Shown here: positions 1-11,679 of the stretch, in pieces
Position numbering within the stretch: position 1 is the first letter of the stretch
Layout: each line of letters begins with the position of its first letter
Assembly (NCBI RefSeq): GCF_006345805.1
Contig: NC_043005.1
Span: 2,914,001 to 2,978,000, forward strand
Direction: 5' to 3'
Origin: Octopus sinensis
Lineage: Eukaryota
Length of the DNA: 64,000 bases
The notes under the pieces: generated by a model
Database searches by the model: none
The model's input: the letters and a program-made list of their open reading frames with translations, nothing else
What the model was told of the DNA's origin: nothing
Program-made: the position numbers and the translations under genes

Positions 1-95
1 TGTATTCTTTAACATGTTTCAGTCACTTGACTGCATCCATGCTGGAGCACCACCTTAAAGGGTTTTTAGTCGAACAAATCGACCGCAGGACTTAT
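1..95 (-). mobile_element. 3' end of tRNA-derived SINE (family A)
   Basis: Reverse complement of the tail seen in full copies at 6937-7345 and 52139-52535 (cagcatggccgcagtcaaatgactgaaac). Confidence 0.8.
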
Positions 96-211
96 TCTGT
101 TGGGCTCTAACCCCTAAAGCATCAGCCATTTACCGCTAAACTTCACTGTTTTCGTCGTGTAACGTGGGTCGTTTCGCTTTCCTGGAGGCCTTCTGACAAA
201 TTCTCGCTTAT

Positions 212-1026
212 TAGGAAGCGAAACGACCCACGTCACACGACGAAAACAATGAAGTTTGGGGGTAAGAGTCTGATGCTTTGGGGATACATAAAAAGTGAGG
301 GTTCAAGAAAGTTGGTTAAAATTGGCAGTACCTTGAATAGTGCCAAAATACATGCAGTTGCCGAAGGACAATTTGATACCAGACTTGGATGAAGGTGAGA
401 TTTTTCAGCACGACGGAGCTCCATGCTATAGATTGCATGCAACACAACAGAGCCTGGCTGATGAAGGTGTTACTGTGCTGAAAGATTGGCCATCCCAGAG
501 CCCTGACTTAAATATCATCGAGTAAATGTGGACAGAACTAAAGAGAAGAGTTCATCAGAAGAATCTATGGAATCTTGATGAGCTGTTGGAGCTCAACCAC
601 AGAGAATGGTATCTCATACCTGTGGAGGTGGTGAAGGATTTGTACGTATCTCTTCCCAGGTACATTGAAGCAATTATTCAAGCTAAGGGATGCCACACAA
701 AATATTAACAATGTACAATAACTTCTTGAAATGAACATTATGTAATAAATTTTCATTATAGACATTTTTTCTGTTTTAAAACACTATCTTGATTGGTTTA
801 TGTGAGGTGACTGGAAACTTTTGCCCGGTCATTTTTAGTGTTCGCCACGCTTCTTCTCATCTCATTCAGAACTCCAACTACAAAATATAATGATTAGGTT
901 TGGAAATGACTCCAACAGGGCCAATGTTTCATTTGTAAAAACGCAATGCAAAACATCCACTTATAAGTTGGCAATTAGTAGAAATTTACAAGAGTTTAAA
1001 TGGCCGAAGACTTTTGCACGGTTCTG
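212..1026 (+). mobile_element. Tc1-family DNA transposon, 3' half, with disrupted DDE transposase
   Basis: Translates to KTMKFGG, FQHDGAPCY, WPSQSPDLNIIE*MWTELKRRV and IIQAKGCHTKY. Terminal repeat ggccgaagacttttgcacggttctg at about 1001-1026. Confidence 0.9.
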
Positions 1027-1051
1027 TGTGTGTGTGTGTGTGTGTATATAT

Positions 1052-1083
<32 letters not shown>

Positions 1084-1879
1084 AGGAAACAATTATGCTT
1101 TTTTATTTAAAAGTGTTTCGCTTTCTCTCTTTCTTATTCCACTTCACACTTCCACCACCCTCCCTCACCCACCCTTTCTCATTCGTCTTTCAGAGTTTAA
1201 AGCCAAACAGCTCCGATGTCACGTCTACTTTGTCTTTAGATTTGTGTCGGTTTCTACAAAGAAACGCCGTAGTTAATTTAACATTACGCACCTGCCATAT
1301 GACGTCTCATGCTTGTCATGTGATCACACACACACACAAACGCACTCACGTACACACAGTCACAGACACATACAAGTACTGAGTCGCATATGTTTCTGTA
1401 CGAATTCATCATGATGCCAGCCTCCATGTCATGTTTCGTTATACATGTGACGTTATACATGTGACGCCATAGATATGAGGTCACACGAAGTAAAGTATAT
1501 GGATAATCCGTTGATTCCAGTTGTTCTATGAATTAAACTGTTTGAATTAGCGATTAACTGGTTGAGTATACTACATACATGTGCACCCTCAACTTAATAA
1601 TTCCCAGGTGGGGTCGGTGAGTGACAAGGTTGGCCTTTTGAATTACAGGTTAAGTGCAAGCGATGGGCTTCCGCACAACTCCGTCCCCGACCCCAGGGAT
1701 TTAGCTAAAACACGAGCTCAGTTATTCTTCACAGTGGAATTGAAACGGAGACTTTAAGTGAACTTCTTAACCCCTCGCTCAAAACGCACGCATGCTCAGT
1801 GATGTTGTGTCGCTTCATACTGATACATATTTACCCACGTGAAGTCAAGTTAGCGATGTAATACAGTGTTGTTTTATAC

Positions 1880-2108
1880 CTGTTTCTTTATTACTCATAA
1901 GGGGCTAAACATAGAGGGGACAAACAAGGACAGACAAGCGGATTAAGTCGATTACATCGACCCCAGTGCATAACTGGTACTTAATTTATCGACCCCGAAA
2001 GGATGAAAGGCAAAGTCGACCACGGTGGAATTTGAACTCAGAATGTAAAGACAGACGAAATACTGCTAAGCATTTCGCCCGGCGTGCTAACCACTCTGCC
2101 AGCTCGCC
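1880..2108 (-). mobile_element. SINE family B (ggcgagctggcag head; gcctttcatcctttcggggtcgataaattaagtaccag core)
   Basis: Other copies at about 8970-9120(-), 9744-9896(+), 21470-21690(-), 22527-22720(+), 23505-23690(+), 35420-35640(+), 45175-45275(+) and 46815-47030(+). Confidence 0.85.
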
Positions 2109-3370
2109 GTCTTGTGTTGTTATATACCTCTAGAATGCTGTCACATATCCGTCATGCGATGCCACTCACATTTACTGTATGACATCACACGCATACACTT
2201 ACATCGCAATGTCATATACCTACACTCACGTAACACTGACCTGTTACGTCAAACACGCACACACAAACACGCACACACTCACGACTACACACAAGCAACT
2301 GGGATGTGACTTCGCCCATTTCATACGTCTTTGATAGAATGATACAATGATAACTATCATGCTGACATCACGCAATTATGTGACGTCACACATCAACACT
2401 TACGCACGCACGCACACACGCGTGTGTGACATCATTGCAAGCCACGAGAAAATCCTTTACCTGGTCTCATATCAAACGCCACTATTTTAGAAATGAATAA
2501 GGAAATTCTAGAAACCCAGTGTCTTGAATAAAAGGCAGGATAGTCACGGCTGGAATGCAGTTGATCATAAGGCTGCCAGCTTGAATAGAAATGACCTGTA
2601 CTGAAAGTCAAAAATCAATATGTCGATGCTATTTACCATTGTTATGGTCCGTGGCTGTGGTCATTCCTGGTTGACTGGTTCCCAAATAGTTAGGAAAAAG
2701 AACATCCCACGTAATAATAGCTTAGTCCATCATTGACTCAGGTCCTCCATACCAAGACCAGAAGGTTGCCTTCAAAACGTGTATCCATATTTTTTTTTTA
2801 ATCATTTAAATTTTAACACAAGTCTAATTGCGGCAAAACAACTGCCTCCGACTCCCACTGACATACATACTTTTGACATCGTATGAGCTCACTCAATGAA
2901 ATTAGCATTTCTACATTATCATCATATCCTTTTATCTTCTATTTTATAGATTCTCATCTTTTCCATTAATTATTATTTAGATTATAAGACTATAATTAAT
3001 CGAACACCCTTTCAGTCACAACACTTTTCCTATTTATTGAACACCTCTAAGCCTTTTCTTCTCACTGTTATGGAGTTATACAGTGGGTATTAATATATAT
3101 ATATGTCATATCATGGTTTCGGTTCCCAGACCTGACGACGTGTTGTGTTCTTGAGAAAAATATTTCATTTCATATTGCTTCAGTTCACCCAACAGTAAAA
3201 TTGTAAACGGATAACCCTTTGACAGACTAACTTTATGATTAGGGGTAATGTTAGCAAGGTCACCGAGCCAGCAGGGTGGCATCAGACAAATGCTAAAACG
3301 ATGCAAAACGCATTGTCGCCAGCGATGTATAAAAACATCCAATAGTCTGATCGATACCATGATATCAAAT

Positions 3371-3374
<4 letters not shown>

Positions 3375-3423
<49 letters not shown>

Positions 3424-3444
3424 TATATATATATATATATATAG

Positions 3445-3481
<37 letters not shown>

Positions 3482-3635
3482 CACATGCATACATACATAT
3501 ATATATATATAATCATACATATATATGTATATATATATATATATACATATACACACATGCATACATACATATATATATTATATCATACATATATGTATAT
3601 ATATATGTATATATATATATATAATATATATATAT

Positions 3636-3669
<34 letters not shown>

Positions 3670-3692
3670 TGGTGTGTGTGTGTGTGTGTGGT
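3375..3692. repeat. (TA)n/(TG)n compound microsatellite
   Basis: Read directly. Similar blocks at 1025-1083, 4020-4115, 4675-4795, 6545-6650, 7358-7555 and 52540-52900. Confidence 0.95.
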
Positions 3693-3695
3693 GAA

Positions 3696-4028
3696 GGCAC
3701 ATGGCTCAATGGTTAGAGCGTCGGGTTCACAATCATGAGGTTGTGAGTTCGATTCCCGCACCGGGCTGTGTGCTGTGTTTTTGAGCAAGACACTTTATTT
3801 CACCTTGCTTCCGTTTACTCAACTGTAGAAATGAGTCGTGATATCACTAGTGCCAAACTGTATCGGCCTTTGCTTTTGCCTCGGATAACATCAGTGGCGT
3901 GGAGAGTTGGGGCTGGTATGCATGGGCGACTGCTGGTCTTCCATAAACAACCATACCTGGACTTGTGCCTCGGAGGATAACTTTCTAAACGCAATCCTAC
4001 GGTCATTTATGACCGAACAGGGGTCCTA
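3696..4028 (+). mobile_element. tRNA-headed SINE (family D)
   Basis: A box tggctcaatgg and B box gagttcgattc, followed by a ttgagcaagacacttta domain. A second diverged copy lies at about 46403-46610. Confidence 0.75.
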
Positions 4029-4069
<41 letters not shown>

Positions 4070-4707
4070 CACACACACACACACACACACACTCACTCAC
4101 ATATATATGTATATAAATTTATTTTTTGGTGTGTGTTTGCATGTATGCATATGTGTATACACACGTGACGTGCCAGCCCAATTCACGAAGCACAATCTCT
4201 TCCTCTCACTACTCCTTTCAGTATATGTTTGAAACACTGGAATGTGCATTTATACACTTGTGTCTGCTTGTGTGCATGATTTGTTTAGTATATTTACGTG
4301 TGTGCGTGTGTGTGCGTGTGTGTGCGTGTGTGAGTGTGTGAGTGTGCACACGTGTTCGTGAGCATGTGTGTCTGCACGTTTCTGGTTGTGTACAGGTTTA
4401 ATGTTTGAAACGGTCCCCTCCAAACCAACAAAAGGACTAAACCAACACAGATGGCGTTTTATCTCTCACTTTTGCATGCATTGCAGGTAGCAGCAGCAGC
4501 AGCAGCAGCAGCGTCAATTTGTCTTTTGCTTTCATAAAAGAAAAAGGAAATCAAGCGAACAAACAAAATTCCATCCTGACAAATTATTAGAACAACTCCA
4601 GCTAAACAAGCCGACGACGACGACACAGTGTTAATATTTAGAAATGCTTCTTTCTTTTTTCGTTCCGTAGACAATACACACACACACAAACACACACACA
4701 AATATAT

Positions 4708-4794
<87 letters not shown>

Positions 4795-4914
4795 GCATGC
4801 AAATACGCAAGGGTATGGCTATGTGGTTAAGAAGTTTGCTTCGCAACTAAATTGTTTCGAGATCATTCCCACTGTGCAGTACCTTAGAAAGTGTGTTCCA
4901 CAACAGCTCCACGG

Positions 4915-4962
<48 letters not shown>

Positions 4963-5249
4963 AGAGTTCACGAAAAAAAAAACAAAAGACGAAGACAGGT
5001 GGTGTAGAAAACAAACAGATGTATTAGTATAACGCTCAGGAATAGAAAAAGTCTTTTATGTTTCGAGCCCACGCTCTTCTACAGAAAGGGACACAGAAAA
5101 ACACAAGGAGAGAAAAAAAAGTGTGTAGTGGCTGTGTGTGTGTGTGTGTGTGTGCGTGTGTGTGTGTGTGTGTGTTCTCTTTCTCTTTTTTTTTAAATAA
5201 ATTTTTACCGGTCGCATTCTTGATACCAAGGTCGTAAAGGAAACAATCG

Positions 5250-6000
5250 GTCATCGTTTAAATCTTAAAAAGGTCGAGCAAATTTTTTTTCTTATCCCAG
5301 ATGTCGCGATCATTTGTAATGGATTTGCATTCTCTCCCCAAGATACCAAGTTCAGTTGCTTTTTGCTCCAGATGGGTTCGTATGTATCCTGTTGCTCCAC
5401 TAATAGTGGGTATGAAGCTGAAAGTGTATTTTGGGTCTTGGATTTGCAAACTCCTTATCAATGGTCTATAGATGTCCCCTTTCTCTTGTATTCATCTAAA
5501 CACATTTGTGTCCACAGCAGAACATGTCATTTTTGGGTGTCCCACAAAATGATATCTGGCCGGTTGTGTTTAACTTTGTAGCTGTTTTAATTTTCAAGAT
5601 CCACCAATATTCTTTTGACCCATCGATATGGTCAGCTTCGTTTATAGATATTCTGTTTTGTTATCCTGCTCCAGACTGTTCTGGCCACCTTAACATCTCT
5701 CATACGATGATAATGCTAGCTCCAGCATGAAGGATATCGTGGTCACTTGGCAGAAACGGCCGTAAGGAACTGAACTTTTACTCTTTTATGCGTTACTCTT
5801 ACTATTATTACTAGTGTATATTTGTGTAGCACACAGTCTTTGCATGTGTATCTATTCTTATAATACTCCCTTTTGTTCTGGATTAAATAGACATAACAGA
5901 ATGCCAACCAGCTGATTCGTGTCATTTTTGTATCCTCTCCATTTTCTTTTTGTCGAATAAATTAAGAGTCAACCACTTTTTACCCCCGCCCATACATGAC
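5250..6000 (-). mobile_element. Degraded 3' fragment of a restriction-like-endonuclease non-LTR retrotransposon (R4/Dong-like)
   Basis: The minus strand gives zinc-knuckle remnants (GRFCQV, DILHAG), KEYWW.LKIKTATKLKHNRPDIILWDTQK (PD-motif endonuclease) and LIRSLQIQDPKYTFSFIPTISGATGY, with stops and frameshifts. Confidence 0.7.
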
Positions 6001-6327
6001 ACTCGATTGCGAAATTGCTACGCAAGAATCAGCACTTGGATATGAATAATTGGGTATACTACCAGGAATATATTGGATAGGTACTACCTTTTAGTTAGTT
6101 GGTTGGCTTCCCAACCTATAACTCTCGCGGAAATAAATAAATAAATAAATATATAAATATATAAAGAATAATCAGCCGAAATTGCGAGGATAATCTGGTT
6201 CTTGACTGAAGAAAGAAAACTTCGAATGACCCATCCTTGTTTTCTTTGTATCGTCTATCTGGATGTTTTGTTGTCCCTTTTTGTATCACCTAGCTGTCCG
6301 GATGTTTTGAGTTCTTGTCCCATTTTG

Positions 6328-6367
<40 letters not shown>

Positions 6368-6557
6368 TGTTCAATTTACAATCCAGAGGAACAGTTACGA
6401 GGTCACCAAATGTCACACAAACGCTCAAGGAATTAGTAATCACACTTACGTGGGTGTTGATTCCGTGGAAAAGTGAGACGTGTTTTGGAGAACATAAGAA
6501 TAATGGAAAACGGGGACAAACGCTCAAGATGCTATTAAATCCTTATGTGTGTGTGTG

Positions 6558-6596
<39 letters not shown>

Positions 6597-6936
6597 GTGT
6601 GTGTGTGTGTGTGTGTGTGTAGATAGATAGATAGATAGATAGATAGATATGTTGGCTGGCAAATGAAATAGGGATAAGAATGTGCATTGTCCGTTTAATT
6701 GGAAAATTCTATACGTGGCTGATGATTGCTCGACATTTTAAAACTTATTTAATACTTACAGTGTTTAATAAAATGAAGTAGCACGTACTACACTACCTCG
6801 GATATCCTTGTTGCTTATTTTGATTATAATCACCCCATTTAATTTATATGGATAATACCATACAAAATTCTGGTGCCTTTAACTTAAGTACTATATTCAT
6901 CTGAATGTAAATTTTGCTGAACTTATATATATATAT

Positions 6937-7345
6937 GGAGTGGCTGTGTGGTAAGTAGCTTGCTTACCAACCACATGGTTCCGGGTTCAATCCCACTGCG
7001 TGGCATCTTGGGCAAATGTCTTCTGCTATAGCCCCGGACTGACCAATGCCTTGTGAGTGGATTTGGTAGACGGAAACTGAAAGAAGCCTGTCGTATATAT
7101 GTATATATATATATATATATGTATGTTTGTGTATATGTTTGTGTGTCTGTGTTTGTCCCCCTAGCATTGCTTAACAACCGATGCTGGTGTGTTTACGTCT
7201 CCGTCACTTAGCGGTTCGGCAAAAGAGATCGATAGAATAAGTACTGGGCTTACAAAAGAATAAGTCCCAGGGTCGAGTCGCTCGACTAAAGGCGGTGCTC
7301 CAGCATGGCCGCAGTCAAATGACTGAAACAAGTAAAAGAGAATAA
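6937..7345 (+). mobile_element. Full-length tRNA-derived SINE (family A) with an internal TA/TG microsatellite
   Basis: Head ggagtggctgtgtggtaag...ggttcaatccc and tail aaatgactgaaacaagtaaaag. Near-identical copy at 52139-52535. Partial copies at about 4805-4915, 7670-8050, 16320-16680, 22190-22310, 36155-36490, 47632-47800 and 51190-51500. Confidence 0.9.
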
Positions 7346-7355
7346 AAGAAAAAAG

Positions 7356-7456
<101 letters not shown>

Positions 7457-7464
7457 ATATATAT

Positions 7465-7556
<92 letters not shown>

Positions 7557-8190
7557 ATGTATATCTTTTATTTTTTACTTGAAGGGTTCGCCTTGAAGGG
7601 TTCGACTTCTGAAAATCAGAGAAATCCGCGAAAAATGTTTAAATAAAACATCAAAAGTTGAATTTGATAAACAGAAACTGAAGCCCGCCGTGTATGTGTG
7701 TGTTTGTTCCCTCTCCCACTGCTTGACAACCGGTGTTGGTGTGTTTACGTCCCTGTAACTTAGCGGTTCAACAAAAATAACCGATAGAATAAGTACCAAG
7801 TTTAAAAAGAAAATACGTACTGGGGGTCGATTCCTTCGACTAAAATTCTTGAAGGCGGTGCCCCAGCTTGGCCGCAGTCTAATGACTGAAACAAGTAAAG
7901 GATATATATGACAAGATTCTTTCAGTTTCCGTCTACCAAATCCACTCACAAAGTTTTGGTTGAGGTTATAGCAGAAGACAGCAGGCCAAGATGTCACACA
8001 GCAGGCCTGAACGCAGAACCATGGGGCTGCGAAGCAAACTCCTTACCACGCTGCCTACATATAAATATGCATGTGCGTGGACGTGTCTAATTATCTTCCG
8101 ATTTGCACTGCACATTCGCAGCGCGATTCGCAGCACAAATCGAAAATATGCGGTATATTCATTAAAATAAATAAATAAACTTAAAATCCG

Positions 8191-8600
8191 GGATCTTTTC
8201 GGTTTGAACGGCAGTTTTTTAAAAATAATTTCCACGTAACTAAACACTTTTAAACTTCGTATACTGATAGAATGTGCTTATAAAACATCATTTTCTCTTG
8301 GCTTTATTGAGAAAATTCTACAGTTTCAAAGATATTTGTTGTTTTTTTCTTCAATTTCTGCAATTTCAACCAATCAATGACGTCTATTGAGGTGAAAACA
8401 TTCTGTTCCGTATGAATATGTCCCTCGTTTAAGAAACAGATTGGATTTATTTACATTTCTGAAGAAAAAAAGATACCCTTCCCCCCACCCCTAACCCTAA
8501 AACAGATTGAAATGCAATATATCGATACTAGGGTCATAATTATGGGTGACAATTTCATATGACACCACTAGAAAAAACTGCTGTTCAAACCGAAAAGACA
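8191..8600. mobile_element. MITE-like element with about 27-bp inverted ends and an internal ccctaaccctaa motif
   Basis: cttttcggtttgaacggcagtttttt (8195-8220) is the near-perfect reverse complement of aaaaaactgctgttcaaaccgaaaag (8572-8597). No clear TSD. Confidence 0.7.
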
Positions 8601-8672
8601 CAGAATCTGGATAACACACACGTATAAACTTAAGAATTAGTATATACTTCGCCTAAGGTGGTGCAAAGAAAA

Positions 8673-8730
8673 TTATCGGATGAGACCGGGTATATTATCG
8701 GATGAGACCGGGTATATTTTAGCCGGAAGT
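8673..8730 (+). promoter_or_regulatory. Candidate FAAP100 proximal promoter: perfect 22-bp tandem duplication plus an ETS motif (CCGGAAGT)
   Basis: ttatcggatgagaccgggtata twice (8673-8716). CCGGAAGT at 8723-8730, about 95 bp upstream of ATG 8824. ETS sites are typical of housekeeping promoters. Confidence 0.45.
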
Positions 8731-8823
8731 GCTTGCTTTCTCTTCCGTTTCCTTTTCCTGTTTTGGTGGGAACATTAAAACACCGAAATACGTGAGACTT
8801 AATTGTTTTAGCGAAAGTTAGTA

Positions 8824-8913
8824 ATGAAAACACTGAAGTTACCCGACAGGCAAATAACTGTGCTTTTACATCAACAACAAAGGTTGTATGTTTATTCGGA
8901 AGACACACGTCAA
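8824..8913 (+). CDS. FAAP100: Candidate first coding exon of FAAP100 (MKTLKLPDRQITVLLHQQQRLYVYSEDTRQ)
   Basis: First ATG after an in-frame TAG (8809-8811), strong donor caa|gtaagt, phase 0. LYVYSEDTRQ recalls the VYVY motif near the N-terminus of vertebrate FAAP100, judged from memory. Confidence 0.45.
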
Positions 8914-9126
8914 GTAAGTATAAATTGATTTTCACTTTTTCGTTACTCTTACACACAAACGTAAATATCTGTTTCTTTATTAGCCACAAGGGGCTAAACA
9001 CAGAGGGGACAGACAAGGACAGACAAAGGGATTAACTCAATTATATCGACCCCAGTGCGTAACTGGTACTTAATTCATCGACCCCGAAAGGATGAAAGGC
9101 AAAGTCGACCTCGGCGGAGTTACATA

Positions 9127-9163
<37 letters not shown>

Positions 9164-9743
9164 TGAACTGTTACTTTCTCAAATGCAGCACGAAGGTTTG
9201 TCAGTGAAGAGGTCGCGGTCTGAAAGCGACGGAAATATTTTGACAAATTAAATTTAAATGTTGAAGTGAATCCAACGGTTTTTGTGTGTTTCTTAAATAA
9301 ACACCTTCCAAGCTGCAATCGTCACTGTTTTGTTTTCACGAAGCTTTAGACATGTCAGAAAAACGGTTTAGTTTCTAACGCTTCCATTATTATCTGTTAT
9401 TGTGTTTGAGTTTATTTTTCCCGGTTTTCTTACTTTTTTTCTTTCTTTTTTTAAACTTTGTAACTCAACACTTTTAAGATTTAGACTTTGAAGACGAAAC
9501 TAAGTAAATACGGGAAACTGAGTTTCAAATGCTGTAATGTCTTCCGAAATGTTTGAATTGTTTTAAAAAATACCAATTTTCATACAAAATCTTGAGTTAA
9601 ATGACAAAATATGTTTTAATCCGTTTTTTTTTTTGTTCAGATTTCTGGCTTCGGAAGTAAGGGAGATCACTGGTATTGGTTCAGTGATATTTTAGTAGAG
9701 TGACCTCCCCTCGCTTGTCCCCTGAACTGGTTTTCTTAACGTC

Positions 9744-9896
9744 GGCGAGCTGGCAGAAGCGTTAGCACGCCGGGCGAAATGCTTAGCAGTATTTCGTCTG
9801 CCGCTACGTTCTGAGTTCAAATTCCGCCGAGGTCGACTTTGCCTTTCATTCTTTCGGCGGTCTGTGTTTAGCCCTTTGTGGGTAGTAAAAGAAATA
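9744..9896 (+). mobile_element. Internally deleted SINE family B copy with a perfect 15-bp target-site duplication
   Basis: ggttttcttaacgtc at 9729-9743 and again at 9897-9911. Confidence 0.85.
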
Positions 9897-11330
9897 GGTT
9901 TTCTTAACGTCAATCGGTGGAGCATAGAACAAACTTTTGCGGTATTTGTCCCAGCCCTACATTTTTAGTTCTAACCCCGCCGAGTGCAGCTTTGCCTTTC
10001 AACCTTACGCAGTCGAAATACTGCAAACACAACAAAAACTGTGATCAATGATTTCGTTTAATCCCACCCTCCAATTTTCTAATTTAATTTTGTAAAACTA
10101 TTGAGCATTATCGAAATAAGACATTTTCATTTCCACCCCCCACTTCCCTCTAAATCAGAAAACATGACAAGACTTCCGCCCGTCCCCCACAAACCACACT
10201 TTTTTTCGACCCCCCCCCTTTTTTTGGTTACGGGAAATACGAATCTGCTAATAAATTGGCAAAAATCGACATTTTAAAATTACCACCCCACCTTCATTTT
10301 TTACTTTTTCAGGGATTTTTTTCCCGTAAATGTGCGGAAAAATACGGAGATTATGAATCTGAAGAAAAATTCCAAAATTCTTTGTAAAAAAATTTTTTAA
10401 GAATTTTTTTTTTTTTTTTGTTATACTAAACATGCGTAAAAAGGCAGACCGGGACCTCCACATTGGAAAACGGGAGTTTTGGGCAAAAAAATTATTTTTT
10501 TTAACAAACAAATTTGGGAGAAAATTGTGGGGGGTGGGCAGAAGTCTTTCCGAAAGCATTATTTGTATTCAGTATATGTTAATTTTATAGTTTGTGTTTA
10601 TACGGCATTTTTGTTTATTCTAAATGTGATATTATTCGCCAAGAAATTCGTTGGATATATTCTAAATGTGTTCAATTCTAGGGGAAACGGCAATGTAGTA
10701 AAATGCTTTCTCTCTCTCCAAAGAAGGACTTCTCTCATCCGTGCAACACCAACTTGCTCAGATTTGATTTTAACAGAATTCTACAAAAACCCTTCAGTTT
10801 TGAAAATGAGGCGCTTTTCTAGGATTCTTGGAATTAGCATGAAGGGCGGAATTTTGCTTCAATCATCTCTTGTACCCCTTCATAATTTTTCTTATTTTTG
10901 TGAATTTTCAAAAAATTTTTGCGATTTTGTGTTCTACACACGAGAATTCATACGATTATGAAAAAAAAAAAATTTTTTTTAACCTCACCCCCCCCCATAA
11001 ATTCTAAATATTCCACTCTTTTTGGAATGTTTTTCTTTTAATCAATTTAAAATACAGAGAGTCCAAACTTTTTGCTTAAATACAAGCAAAAGACCATTAA
11101 ATGTGTTTATGGAGGGAAAAATATTGAGAAACATCAATACATGTCAGTGGCAAAGAAGCGAGGAAGATATCAGGTGGTCGTGAGGTGTGCTAAAAACAAC
11201 AGCTAAATCAGACTTAAATCACACGAAAAATAAGTGATTGATTTCTGCATAATCGTGTTAATTACCATGTGTAAGAACATGAATTTGCTAACATTTTCTG
11301 AAAATTAAAAAAAAAAATTGTTTTTGACAG

Positions 11331-11386
11331 CTATGAGGGATGCTTAAACCAAAAGTCTTCTCATGAAGGAACTACTAAACCAAATA
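11331..11386 (+). CDS. FAAP100: Possible small internal FAAP100 exon (YEGCLNQKSSHEGTTKPN)
   Basis: Acceptor ttgtttttgacag, open frame, donor a|gtcagt. The phase-1 end fits the ttgcag acceptor at 15246-15247. No homology support. Confidence 0.3.
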
Positions 11387-11679
11387 GTCAGTCTTAGAAC
11401 AATTTAATGCATTGGTTAGAGACAGAGAAAGACTTAAATAAACAGTAAAGCTTAGTATATGTCTAAGGTATGTACAGAGGTGTATTCAACCACCCTGTAT
11501 TTCTCTACAAATTTGAGGTTTTATTTCAATCTAAGGAATTGTTTATTGAACCACATTTATTCCAGTTTAGTCTGTAACCATATTGGTCAATTTGACAAAC
11601 TGAAATTTCTCTCTAATCACGCCACATTCATCATCATTGGACAGTTTGAATGGGAGCAGTAGGCAAAGAGCTGTGCCAG

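Noticed and set aside
2750-2792. Degenerate hammerhead-like string (ccagaaggttgccttcaaaacgtg)
   Set aside because: Both conserved core segments are broken; too weak to support.
3696-3770. tRNA gene (A and B boxes, CAC-like anticodon loop)
   Set aside because: The acceptor stem does not pair and the sequence continues into a SINE body with a second copy near 46403. It is a SINE head, as are the similar heads at 6937 and 52139.
8485-8502. Telomeric repeat or telomerase template (ctaaccctaa)
   Set aside because: Fewer than two units, and internal to a MITE.
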